The notes beneath the pieces were generated by a model. That model did no database searches and was not told the DNA's origin. It saw nothing but the letters and a program-made list of their open reading frames with translations. A DNA stretch of 36,818 nt from a virus (lineage: Duplodnaviria > Caudoviricetes), in IMG/VR virus record IMGVR_UViG_3300025093_000056, positions 1-36,818 of that record; one strand, 5' to 3'. Positions 26,830 to 35,516 of the stretch are shown here, piece by piece. A program made the translations under genes and the position numbers. Position 1 is the first letter of the stretch. Each line of letters starts with the position of its first letter.

Positions 26830-27486
26830 TCATCGTTTAAACCAAGAGGGAAGACCTAAATGTGGACGCTTGTCAAACATATTGTCTTTAGCTCCAGGGG
26901 TCTTACGATTGTTATAATGCAGAAAAACCTGTACACATTGTTTTCCTTTAAATTTTTCTCTCCAATGTTCTAATTCTACACCTCTATAAACCAACATATC
27001 ACCTGGTTTTAAATCTACTCTAACCCCTTTTGATTTGCTAGCTGCCGTAATATTTTTACCATCTGGTGCACCAACATTTTCATTTGGACTTAAATATATA
27101 GGCCAATCATCACCGCCAAGATTCATGGTTGTAGATATTTCACAAGAAAATCTATCCTTGTGTCTTTTTAATTCGTCACCTTTTTTATATATTCTTGCGT
27201 AAGTATAAGCAGGATATAATTTTAATCCTGTTGCTTTTTCCATACCTGGTTGACATTTTAATAATAAAGTTTCCATAGCCATATTAGCATATTGAGAGTA
27301 TGTATTTGGAATCTGTTCGTTTTCACCTTCATAATATCCAAGTATATTTTCAAAAGGAGAAAAGTATCTAGCTTGTCTACAAGTATCATACACCTGCTTT
27401 TGCATTAAAAAATAATTTGCAATGAAAGATGCTAGATCTTTTGATATTGCTTGACGAATAACTGTATATTTTTTATTTTTAAACAT
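26830..27486 (-). CDS. 2OG-Fe(II) oxygenase superfamily protein
   Basis: YARIY...LKRHKDR (HxD), LEHWRE (distal His), VQVFLHY; probable start MFKNKKY at 27486. Confidence 0.85.
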   Translation of the reverse strand: MFKNKKYTVIRQAISKDLASFIANYFLMQKQVYDTCRQARYFSPFENILGYYEGENEQIPNTYSQYANMAMETLLLKCQPGMEKATGLKLYPAYTYARIYKKGDELKRHKDRFSCEISTTMNLGGDDWPIYLSPNENVGAPDGKNITAASKSKGVRVDLKPGDMLVYRGVELEHWREKFKGKQCVQVFLHYNNRKTPGAKDNMFDKRPHLGLPSWFKR

Positions 27487-28111
27487 CTTTAGCCATTTCT
27501 TTTGGAACTGCTTGTATGTTCCAATGTATAAATCTAAATGGTTCAGTACCAAAATCTACTGCATATTCGTGTTCCAAGAACCCTGGAAATATAATTAAAG
27601 TGCCTGGTGTAGGTTTATAATGAATTAATTCTGTTCCTCCCCATACACCTTTGATGTCTGGTTTCATTTTTAGTTTAGTAGCCCTAGCACCTGTTCTCGG
27701 TTCGTGAAAGATTGGGTATGATGTTTTATCACTACATTTTAAAAAATAAAATCCTGATACATGTTGGTTCCAATGTATGTGCGCTGAATGATGACCACCA
27801 CCTTTTTTAGCAAACTCTTGAACCCATAGTTCAGTAAACATAGTTGTGTATTGTGACATATCATAACCTTGATGATCTAAATACTCCCAAGACTTTTGAC
27901 CAATGTAATTTCTAAAATCTAAAAAATCATTGTCGGCTGTAAGTGGCGTTGAATGATATGATCTTCCAAAATCACCGTGTTTTTTTATATATTCTTTTTC
28001 TCTTTTACGAGCATCACTAATATATTTGTTACTTGCTTTGTTCAAAGATTTTACAAACTCTGGTTTTTGTTCTGACCAAATTGTTGTGTTAAAATAATTA
28101 TTTATATACAT
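27479..28111 (-). CDS. 2OG-Fe(II) oxygenase (TIGR02466-like)
   Basis: HSAHIH (HxH), VSGFYFL, FHEPR, IIFPGFLEHE. Confidence 0.85.
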   Translation of the reverse strand: MYINNYFNTTIWSEQKPEFVKSLNKASNKYISDARKREKEYIKKHGDFGRSYHSTPLTADNDFLDFRNYIGQKSWEYLDHQGYDMSQYTTMFTELWVQEFAKKGGGHHSAHIHWNQHVSGFYFLKCSDKTSYPIFHEPRTGARATKLKMKPDIKGVWGGTELIHYKPTPGTLIIFPGFLEHEYAVDFGTEPFRFIHWNIQAVPKEMAKDV

Positions 28112-28740
28112 TATCTAAATGGCTTTCCTAAATGCCAGACAACAAGACTATATCTTGTGCCAGCGGTTACTGGTTTAACTCTATGCCATACAAATGAAGG
28201 AAATACAATAATAGAACCTTTTGGTAATATCTCTTTACATTGTATTCTATGTTTCGATTCATCTCGCATATGTGGGTCATAGTTTCTAAAATCAAATTCT
28301 AATTCACCACCTTTATATTCTGATCCGTCCGTTAACTGACAAGTCATAGATAGTTTTCGAATTTTACCTTTGTCGGGTCCTTCTTTTTCATAAGGTTTGT
28401 CCCAACTATCACAATGCCAATCATAATATTGGTTTAATTTATATTTTGTAAATTGACAAGATTCACTTCTGTCCCAATCATAATTCCAACCAGCAGCTTT
28501 ATTTGCTTCGTGCACATAGGGATGTAATTCTTTATATATCCAAGTATCATTTAACCATACTAGATCTGATTTTCTTTTTTTCTGTATGTTTTTAATATCT
28601 TCTTTTGTTAATTCTTTGTTGTCATATCCTCCTGTTCTTGCAATGCTTTCTTTTTGTTGATTAGCATAAGCTATTACATCATCACAAAATCTAGGTGTTA
28701 ACACACCACTAAAATACCAATAATAATTAGATATATTCAT
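28111..28740 (-). CDS. 2OG-Fe(II) oxygenase (PKHD / prolyl-4-hydroxylase-like)
   Basis: WHCD, RKLSM, YKGGELEF, FPSFVWHRVKPVTAGTRYSLV. Confidence 0.9.
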   Translation of the reverse strand: MNISNYYWYFSGVLTPRFCDDVIAYANQQKESIARTGGYDNKELTKEDIKNIQKKRKSDLVWLNDTWIYKELHPYVHEANKAAGWNYDWDRSESCQFTKYKLNQYYDWHCDSWDKPYEKEGPDKGKIRKLSMTCQLTDGSEYKGGELEFDFRNYDPHMRDESKHRIQCKEILPKGSIIVFPSFVWHRVKPVTAGTRYSLVVWHLGKPFR

Positions 28741-29230
28741 AAGTAGTTGTTAAAACAAAGTTTAAATTATCCTTTTGATTATTAGTTAAATAATACATAT
28801 TAGTTGATGGAAACATTATAAATTTATTATTTTCTAATGGTATATCCCACGATCTTCCCTTACGTCTATTATCTTCATAGTGTATTCGAACCATACAATT
28901 TTTTACGTTTACACCATAAAGAAATGTATAATCGGGAGAGTTCTGCAAATCTATGGGATCTATATTTAATAAAGGAATTGTAGTCTCTTGAGGCTTATAC
29001 ATATTGCCCCACGTTTCTTTGTTAACTAAAGTAAAACCATACTCAAGATTGATGTGTTCTCGAATATAAGTATTTAACATATCCCAAGTTCGTGAAAATG
29101 GAAAAGGTGAATCTGTAATATTTGATTTTAAAATGTTTTCCTGTAATTCATTTCGGTCAATGTCCCAATCTTTAGGCATTGTTACATCACCATAATATAA
29201 TGCTATTTCAGATAATACTTTCTTCTGCAT
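28727..29230 (-). CDS. Degenerate 2OG-Fe(II) oxygenase-fold protein
   Basis: TWGNMY, YTFLYGV and FIMFPSTNMYY parallel its neighbours, but the metal-binding His residues are absent. Confidence 0.6.
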   Translation of the reverse strand: MQKKVLSEIALYYGDVTMPKDWDIDRNELQENILKSNITDSPFPFSRTWDMLNTYIREHINLEYGFTLVNKETWGNMYKPQETTIPLLNIDPIDLQNSPDYTFLYGVNVKNCMVRIHYEDNRRKGRSWDIPLENNKFIMFPSTNMYYLTNNQKDNLNFVLTTTYEYI

Positions 29231-29248
29231 ACCACCACCATTTTTAAT

Positions 29249-29716
29249 CTATGCGTTTTGATCTGTCAAGTCCCAACCAGTTGTATTATCAGCTTGATAT
29301 GCTGATTCATTCCAAAGATAAGTCCATCTATGTGTGCCAGCATCATTTTGTGATTGCTGTTCAGCTGTTAATGCAGGTTCATCACCTATTGGTGATTGCC
29401 ATCTAGCATCAGTTGTATTTTTTACCCAAGATGCATATGGTTTTTTAGGCCAAAAGATTTGATTATCTTCGTCCCATTCATAACCTATACCTGCGTAGTT
29501 TCCTCTAAAAGGCGTTCCGCCATTTTTATGTTGGTTGTTATATGTGTTGTAAGAAGTTTGAATCCACATTTGTGCAGGCCAATTATTGTGTAATTCTAAA
29601 TATTGTTGACCTACTGTTTCATCTTCAACACCATCAGCATTTAACATATCTTTGTTATCAAGTGTTAACACTGATATAACTTTTCCGTTAGATCCTAGTT
29701 TTGCAAAATGTGCCAT
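29249..29716 (-). CDS. Phage protein following fibre genes (fibre accessory/chaperone-like)
   Basis: MAHFAKL...WIQTSYN...FRGNYAGIGY...PYASW motifs; AAGGAG ribosome-binding site. Confidence 0.7.
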   Translation of the reverse strand: MAHFAKLGSNGKVISVLTLDNKDMLNADGVEDETVGQQYLELHNNWPAQMWIQTSYNTYNNQHKNGGTPFRGNYAGIGYEWDEDNQIFWPKKPYASWVKNTTDARWQSPIGDEPALTAEQQSQNDAGTHRWTYLWNESAYQADNTTGWDLTDQNA

Positions 29717-29755
29717 AATGTTTCTCCTTATATATTAATTTTAATTACCATTCAA

Positions 29756-31225
29756 CTATTGAAATTTGTACCTAATTAGCACTATACCTGATCCTCCTGC
29801 TAAACTTTGTCCTACTGCGGGAGGACTATAATTTGATGAAGCGCCACCGCTTCCACCACCTGTGTTTACAGTTCCTGCTACCCCTGTTCTACTTGGCGCT
29901 GGTTGACCACCTCCTATACCACCACCTCCTGCACCTCCAGGTCCACCTGTAACTGGTCCACCTGGGTAAGGGGAAGTAATACCGCCTCCACCTCCTCCGC
30001 CTCCAGCGAAATATCTTGTAGAAGAAACTGGACCAGGAGTACCATAACTTGATGCTGTTGGACCAAAAAATGATTCAGCCACAAAACTACCAGCTCCACC
30101 TGTTCCTCCAACATTGCAGGTAGGAGCTGCTCCTCCTGCTACTCCTGCTCCACCACCAGCTGCTGCCGCATAAGAACCACTAGTATTAGGGCTATTACTT
30201 CCACCATCTTTACCTTGTGGAGGTGAAACCGATGGTGTATTACCTTGTCCGTGTGCAGCACAAGCTCTTGTATTATAACCTGAACCTCCTCCTGAGCCAC
30301 CAGATCCAGCTGCGTGGCAATTTGAATTTCCTCCTGAACCTCCACCACCACCAGCAGATGAAATACCATTAAAACTTGAAGCTACTCCATTGTTTCCGCT
30401 TTGATAAGTTCCTGGTGGACTTGAAACACCTGCACCACCTGCTCCTACTGCTATTGGATAACCTTGTGCTGTAACTGCTCTTCCAGGACTACAAGCAGGA
30501 CCAATTAATGGTGACATTAAAGGCGCTGAAATACATCCAGATGAATTAGTTAATCTAAAACCACCTGCACCACCTCCTCCTGCACCAGATCCATTGTGAT
30601 GAGGTGCTCCACCTGATCCTCCACCTCCAACTACAACATAATCGACTTTATTTGATCCTTTACTGTTTCCTGCACAAGATACCGTAAAAGTCCCTGGTCC
30701 TGTAAAAACGTGTGTTTTAAAATCACCAACAGTAAGAGTAGCGTTTCCACCTGATGCAGCAACAAAAGCTGGGGCTTCACCTTCAGATGTATCTGTTGAT
30801 TCATTTATTACTAACCAACCTTTAGTTCCATCTACATAAATAAAAGTTAATGCAGTACCGTTTGTAGAAAAAGTTAAATCATCAGAACTTGAACCACCAA
30901 TTGGAGAACCATTTCTTCCCACTGTTAAATTATGTGTTGCAAAACTATAAGCGTAATCTTTAACACTAACTATGTTACCTGCACTTGGAGAGGCAGGTAA
31001 AGTCATTGTAACGGCTCCGCCAGAAGTATTAACAAAATAACCTTCACCATTCGCTGCTGTGAAAGTTGATGTTTTAATACTTCCTGTCTGCCAGTCTACA
31101 GTTCCTGTTCTACCAAATCCTGTTTGACTAGCACCAGTCCCTAATTGTACAGTAGTTCCAGAACCACCGATTGTAAGTGTGGAACCATTTCTTTTATCTA
31201 TTTCGTTTACTTTTATTTTACTCAT
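29756..31225 (-). CDS. Glycine-rich tail fibre/adhesin-like protein, paralogue 3
   Basis: Shared N-terminal module, HxFTGPGTF, many polyglycine runs, C-terminal GGSGIVLIRYKFQ. Confidence 0.8.
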   Translation of the reverse strand: MSKIKVNEIDKRNGSTLTIGGSGTTVQLGTGASQTGFGRTGTVDWQTGSIKTSTFTAANGEGYFVNTSGGAVTMTLPASPSAGNIVSVKDYAYSFATHNLTVGRNGSPIGGSSSDDLTFSTNGTALTFIYVDGTKGWLVINESTDTSEGEAPAFVAASGGNATLTVGDFKTHVFTGPGTFTVSCAGNSKGSNKVDYVVVGGGGSGGAPHHNGSGAGGGGAGGFRLTNSSGCISAPLMSPLIGPACSPGRAVTAQGYPIAVGAGGAGVSSPPGTYQSGNNGVASSFNGISSAGGGGGSGGNSNCHAAGSGGSGGGSGYNTRACAAHGQGNTPSVSPPQGKDGGSNSPNTSGSYAAAAGGGAGVAGGAAPTCNVGGTGGAGSFVAESFFGPTASSYGTPGPVSSTRYFAGGGGGGGGITSPYPGGPVTGGPGGAGGGGIGGGQPAPSRTGVAGTVNTGGGSGGASSNYSPPAVGQSLAGGSGIVLIRYKFQ

Positions 31226-31227
31226 AA

Positions 31228-32697
31228 TTAATTTTGAAATTTATACCTTATTATTACTATACCTGAACCACCTGCTCCAGAGGCTGGTGCTGGTGTTATC
31301 ATACCACCTCCACCGCCACCTGTGTTAGTTGTTCCAGCATCTGCATAGTTACTAGCAGGAAGAGGACTTGCGTATCTTCCACCTTTACCGCCTCCACCTA
31401 AGCCACCAACATTGCCTGTATTGCTACTTCCAGCTCCTGCTCCACCACCTGAAAAATAATAATTTGAACCACAATTCTGTCCTGAAGTTCCAAAAGCATT
31501 TGGTACTCCTGCTCCTGCTCCACCTGCACCACCTACTCCTGGACCACCTGGACCTGGAGTAAAATTAGTACCAGCTACTGTTGCACCACCTCCTCCTGCT
31601 GAAGGAGCTGTGTTTTGTGGTCCTGAAGCGGACGATTTGCAACCATTACCACCATCTGTCCCTTGGGCTGGACTTACTGGAGGAGTATTACCTGTCCCTC
31701 CAACTGTAGGTCCTGGAGCTGAACCTGGATCATTATTACTTCCAGATCCTCCGCCAGAGCCACCAGGTCTACCTGGTCTTGTAGGAGCAACAGGTGCACT
31801 GTTTCCCCAATGACCACCGCCACCGCCACCTGTTGCTGTAAGAGTTGAAAAAACTGAAGGTGTACCATCATTACCTTGGTTACAAGGAGTTGGTTGTGAA
31901 GTAGCACCGCCTCCAACTGTTATTGGATAACCTGTTACTGAAACAGCCAATCCTGCGGGTGCTGCTAAAGGTTTTGCAGGATAAGTAGCTGGTGCTAAAC
32001 TTGGAGAGGCAAATCTAAACCCACCGGCTCCACCGCCACCACCATAATAACCACCGCCACCAGAACCACCACCGCCTACAACAATGTATTCTACTCTATC
32101 AGACCCTGAAGGTGAACCTGCTGCACTCACACAAAAAGTTCCTGGCCCTGTAAAAGTATGTATTTTAAAATCTCCACAAGTAGCAACTGAGTTACCACCT
32201 GTTGCAGCTATATAATTACTGCCTGCCGCATTAAAACTATTATCTTGAACCGATCTCCAACCAACAGTGCCATCAATGTAGACTAAAGTCACTCCTTCTC
32301 CTTCACCTCCTACAGATACTGCACCTCCTGCTACACCACCATTAATTTTTTCTGATCCATTTGGATTAACTGATATTGCATTTGAATCAAATGTATTATT
32401 GTAATCTTGCAATGAAACAATTGCTCCAGCAGATCCTGCTGGTAAATTAACTGTAAAGCCACCAGATGTTGTATTACAAAAATATCCTTTACCACTTTCA
32501 GCTGTGAATGTAGAAGTTTTAATATCACCAGTTTGCCAATCTACTGTTCCTGTTCTACCAAAACCTGTTTGCGATGCACCAGATGCTAAAGCGATTGTAT
32601 CACCGCTAGCGCCAATAGTAATAGTATTACTATTCTCGTTAATGATGTTTTGACCACATTGGTTTTGAACGTTATTTACTTTAATTGTGCTAGTCAT
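31228..32697 (-). CDS. Glycine-rich tail fibre/adhesin-like protein, paralogue 2
   Basis: Same architecture; ends GGSGIVIIRYKFQN. Confidence 0.8.
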   Translation of the reverse strand: MTSTIKVNNVQNQCGQNIINENSNTITIGASGDTIALASGASQTGFGRTGTVDWQTGDIKTSTFTAESGKGYFCNTTSGGFTVNLPAGSAGAIVSLQDYNNTFDSNAISVNPNGSEKINGGVAGGAVSVGGEGEGVTLVYIDGTVGWRSVQDNSFNAAGSNYIAATGGNSVATCGDFKIHTFTGPGTFCVSAAGSPSGSDRVEYIVVGGGGSGGGGYYGGGGGAGGFRFASPSLAPATYPAKPLAAPAGLAVSVTGYPITVGGGATSQPTPCNQGNDGTPSVFSTLTATGGGGGGHWGNSAPVAPTRPGRPGGSGGGSGSNNDPGSAPGPTVGGTGNTPPVSPAQGTDGGNGCKSSASGPQNTAPSAGGGGATVAGTNFTPGPGGPGVGGAGGAGAGVPNAFGTSGQNCGSNYYFSGGGAGAGSSNTGNVGGLGGGGKGGRYASPLPASNYADAGTTNTGGGGGGMITPAPASGAGGSGIVIIRYKFQN

Positions 32698-34148
32698 TAT
32701 TGAAATTTATACCTTATTACTACTATACCAGAACCACCACTTCGCCCTGCAAAAGGAGTACTAGGACTAGGAGCTCCACCAGAAGATCCAGCTCCACCTC
32801 CAGTATTTGTAGTTCCGTCTTGACCTATTTGAGCTGGACTTGTTACACAAGATGGATTTGCTGGAGAACCACCATTTCCTCCACCACCAAGACCACCTAT
32901 TCCTCCTGGATTAGGGGATGGGTTTGGAGTATATACACCACCTCCACCACCACCTGCAAAATATTGCACACAACTTACACACTCTCCATTAGAAGCACCA
33001 AATGCTCCATTTGTAAATCCTGCTCCATCACCACCATCACCACCGCCTCCATTTGGAGTACCTGTTCCACCATTAAATCCTGATTGTCTAGCACCACCTC
33101 CACCACCAATTCCTGTATTATCAGATCCTGGAGAAGGATTGGCTGGATTTGTTACACCTAATCCACCTGGATTTCCTTGAGGCGGAGTTACTGGAGGAGT
33201 GTTTCCTGTTCCTGCAGCTTGAGTGGCATAACCACCTCCACCTGAACCGCCATTTGCTGCTGCACCTGCTCCAGGTGCACCATGACCAGCTTTTCCACCA
33301 CCTGCTGATGTTATTGTTGAAAATACTGAATTATTACCTGGATTTCCTGGATTTCCTGGTCCTGGAGAACCTCCAGCTCCTCCACCACCTACTGTGATTG
33401 GATAACCTTGAGTATTTACAGGTAAAGCAGTAACACCACATACTAAAGGTTTAGCTGGATTACATCCTATTGCATAAGTTGTTGCAGAAGCTCTTAAACC
33501 TCCTGCACCACCGCCTCCTGCTGGAGTGTTATTATAATTAAGTCCTGGAGTTCCTCCACCACCAGCAACTACTAAATAATCTACTGTATTAGAACCACCC
33601 TCATTACCTTTATTAGAAACACAAAAAGTTCCTGGACTTGTAAAAGTATGAATTTTGAAATCTCCTGAAGTTGTTACGGTTCCACCTGTTGCAGCAACAT
33701 ATTGAGGAAATTGATTTGATGTCATATCATTAACAGCAAGCCAACCTTTTGTTGCATCTACATAGACAAAAGTCATTGACAAAGCCTCTTGAGAAAAACT
33801 TTTGTCTACTGCTTGACCTTCTATATTAGAACCATTTCTACCTACTGTTAGAGCATTTGTATCAAAAGTTCCTGCATAATCTTTTAATGCTACTATATCG
33901 CCAGCACTAGGACTAGAAGGGAGTGTTAGTGTAAATGTTCCACCTGTAGTATTACAAAAATATCCCTCACCACTAGCTGCTGTAAAAGTAGCAGTTTTAA
34001 TACTCCCTGTTTGCCAATCAACAGTACCTGTTCTACCAAAACCTGATTGACTAGCACCACTTCCTAAAGTTACTGTATCACCAGACTCACCTAGTGTTAA
34101 GGTAGTTCCGCATTGTGGTGCAACTGTATTTACTTCTATTTTACTCAT
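32697..34148 (-). CDS. Glycine-rich tail fibre/adhesin-like protein, paralogue 1
   Basis: Same architecture; ends GGSGIVVIRYKFQ. Confidence 0.8.
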   Translation of the reverse strand: MSKIEVNTVAPQCGTTLTLGESGDTVTLGSGASQSGFGRTGTVDWQTGSIKTATFTAASGEGYFCNTTGGTFTLTLPSSPSAGDIVALKDYAGTFDTNALTVGRNGSNIEGQAVDKSFSQEALSMTFVYVDATKGWLAVNDMTSNQFPQYVAATGGTVTTSGDFKIHTFTSPGTFCVSNKGNEGGSNTVDYLVVAGGGGTPGLNYNNTPAGGGGAGGLRASATTYAIGCNPAKPLVCGVTALPVNTQGYPITVGGGGAGGSPGPGNPGNPGNNSVFSTITSAGGGKAGHGAPGAGAAANGGSGGGGYATQAAGTGNTPPVTPPQGNPGGLGVTNPANPSPGSDNTGIGGGGGARQSGFNGGTGTPNGGGGDGGDGAGFTNGAFGASNGECVSCVQYFAGGGGGGVYTPNPSPNPGGIGGLGGGGNGGSPANPSCVTSPAQIGQDGTTNTGGGAGSSGGAPSPSTPFAGRSGGSGIVVIRYKFQ

Positions 34149-34321
34149 TAAACTACCACCAATGTTCCTGTTACTGTTATTGTATTAACAAAAGTTACTG
34201 GTCCTGCCAATACCGCGGACTCGATAATCATATCTTTATTATCTAAAGTTGCAGCATGCGTATAAATATTTTCTGACCCAGGTTTATTACCAATATATAT
34301 TGTGTTGTATAAACTATCCAT
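34148..34321 (-). CDS. 57-aa beta-rich fibre-associated protein (not in ORF track)
   Basis: MDSLYNTIYIGNKPGSENIYTHAATLDNKDMIIESAVLAGPVTFVNTITVTGTLVVV; AGGAGGA ribosome-binding site and TAATG coupling. Confidence 0.8.
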   Translation of the reverse strand: MDSLYNTIYIGNKPGSENIYTHAATLDNKDMIIESAVLAGPVTFVNTITVTGTLVVV

Positions 34322-34329
34322 TTATCCTC

Positions 34330-34656
34330 CTATGCACTTATTGAATCAACAACGCTAACATAAACATCAGCACTAGATGCTGTATCTGACTCTACTTTTA
34401 ATACGTCAGTGTTTTGCATCACAAATTTAGCACCACCTGAAACAAGCTCTACGGCACTGTTTGGTGGAATACTTAAATCTTTACAAATGTATCTTGTTGT
34501 AGATCCTCCTACACTTACAAAAACATCTACTTTAATTGCTGAAGTTACTATGTTTGCGATTCTGATTCCAATGACTGCATCATTCGAATTTGCTGTAAAT
34601 ATCGTACCTGCACTATTAGTTGCTTGTACTGCATATCTAGTAAAATCTTGTGCCAT
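34330..34656 (-). CDS. Small beta-rich virion protein
   Basis: 108 aa; AGGAG ribosome-binding site. Confidence 0.75.
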   Translation of the reverse strand: MAQDFTRYAVQATNSAGTIFTANSNDAVIGIRIANIVTSAIKVDVFVSVGGSTTRYICKDLSIPPNSAVELVSGGAKFVMQNTDVLKVESDTASSADVYVSVVDSISA

Positions 34657-34663
34657 ATTCCTC

Positions 34664-35062
34664 CTATAATGCTATTGCCATTGCAACAGCAAATCCGTTA
34701 CTTGCCGCTCCTACGGGCGTTCCTGTTGAATCTAAATAAACTGATTTACTTGCAGGCATTGTACAAAATACACTTAGTGTACTTGAACCACCTGAATTAA
34801 AATTTATTTTCGACGTATTACCTGAAGAGTTATTTAAGACAGTAGTTCTTGCTAGAGTATCGGGCGTTGCATCAGTTACAGTACCAATACCTATTTCAAA
34901 TAGATTAGTACCTTCTTCAAAGATAGCATAATAGGTTGTGTTACCATCACCTATTCCTGCAACAAAAGTTTGAAACCCTGTAACAGCACCTGCTAGGTTT
35001 AACGTACCTGTGCCTGCTGTCGTGCTCGTTTCTCTTACTCTATCATTTATTACTAAAGCCAT
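34664..35062 (-). CDS. Short tail-fibre N-terminal-domain protein
   Basis: DRVRETSTTAGTG...EIGIGT...VFCTMPA anchor-like domain ending AVAMAIAL. Confidence 0.7.
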   Translation of the reverse strand: MALVINDRVRETSTTAGTGTLNLAGAVTGFQTFVAGIGDGNTTYYAIFEEGTNLFEIGIGTVTDATPDTLARTTVLNNSSGNTSKINFNSGGSSTLSVFCTMPASKSVYLDSTGTPVGAASNGFAVAMAIAL

Positions 35063-35073
35063 TTACTCTCCTA

Positions 35074-35505
35074 TTAACTCATGCTTATAATAGCATTAGC
35101 AGGTGTTGATGGATCAGGATAAGTAATTTTAAATGTTCCGTTAGTACAAGTTTTATCTCCACCAAAATCTAATACTACACATAACTTATCTGATTTATCA
35201 TCATTATAAATAGCTGCAAATGCCGCTGTAAAAGTTGCGCTTGACCAAGTTGAATCTCCAAAGTCAACTGAAGCTACAGCTGTTGTAGATGCAACTGCTT
35301 GAGAACCTAAAGCTTGTCTCGTATAGTTACTACCTCCACCTGTGCTAACTTCATTCGTTGAAGAGACTACTGTGCTTGACGTTGTATAAACAGCACCAAT
35401 TGATCCTGTGTACAAAGCTATTTTAAATGCATCCCCACCACTCGCAAAATTATGTGTTCCTGAGAACAACTCTCCACGAAATGAGTTAGGTATTACGTTT
35501 GCCAT
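35074..35505 (-). CDS. Virion structural protein
   Basis: FKIALYT...NEVS...Y...VLDFGGDK motifs; AAGGAG ribosome-binding site. Confidence 0.7.
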   Translation of the reverse strand: MANVIPNSFRGELFSGTHNFASGGDAFKIALYTGSIGAVYTTSSTVVSSTNEVSTGGGSNYTRQALGSQAVASTTAVASVDFGDSTWSSATFTAAFAAIYNDDKSDKLCVVLDFGGDKTCTNGTFKITYPDPSTPANAIISMS

Positions 35506-35516
35506 ATTTTATCTCC

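Noticed and set aside
27487-27552. Upstream extension of the last oxygenase ORF
   Set aside because: It overlaps the preceding gene; the ATG at 27486 gives the usual short overlap.
29914-33397. Alternative-frame and antisense ORFs within the Gly-rich genes
   Set aside because: They are by-products of GGT/GGA codon runs, which contain few stops in other frames.
29756-34148. Diversity-generating retroelement or invertible cassette explaining the paralogues
   Set aside because: There is no reverse transcriptase or recombinase in the window, and I saw no near-identical template/variable repeat pair differing only at adenines.
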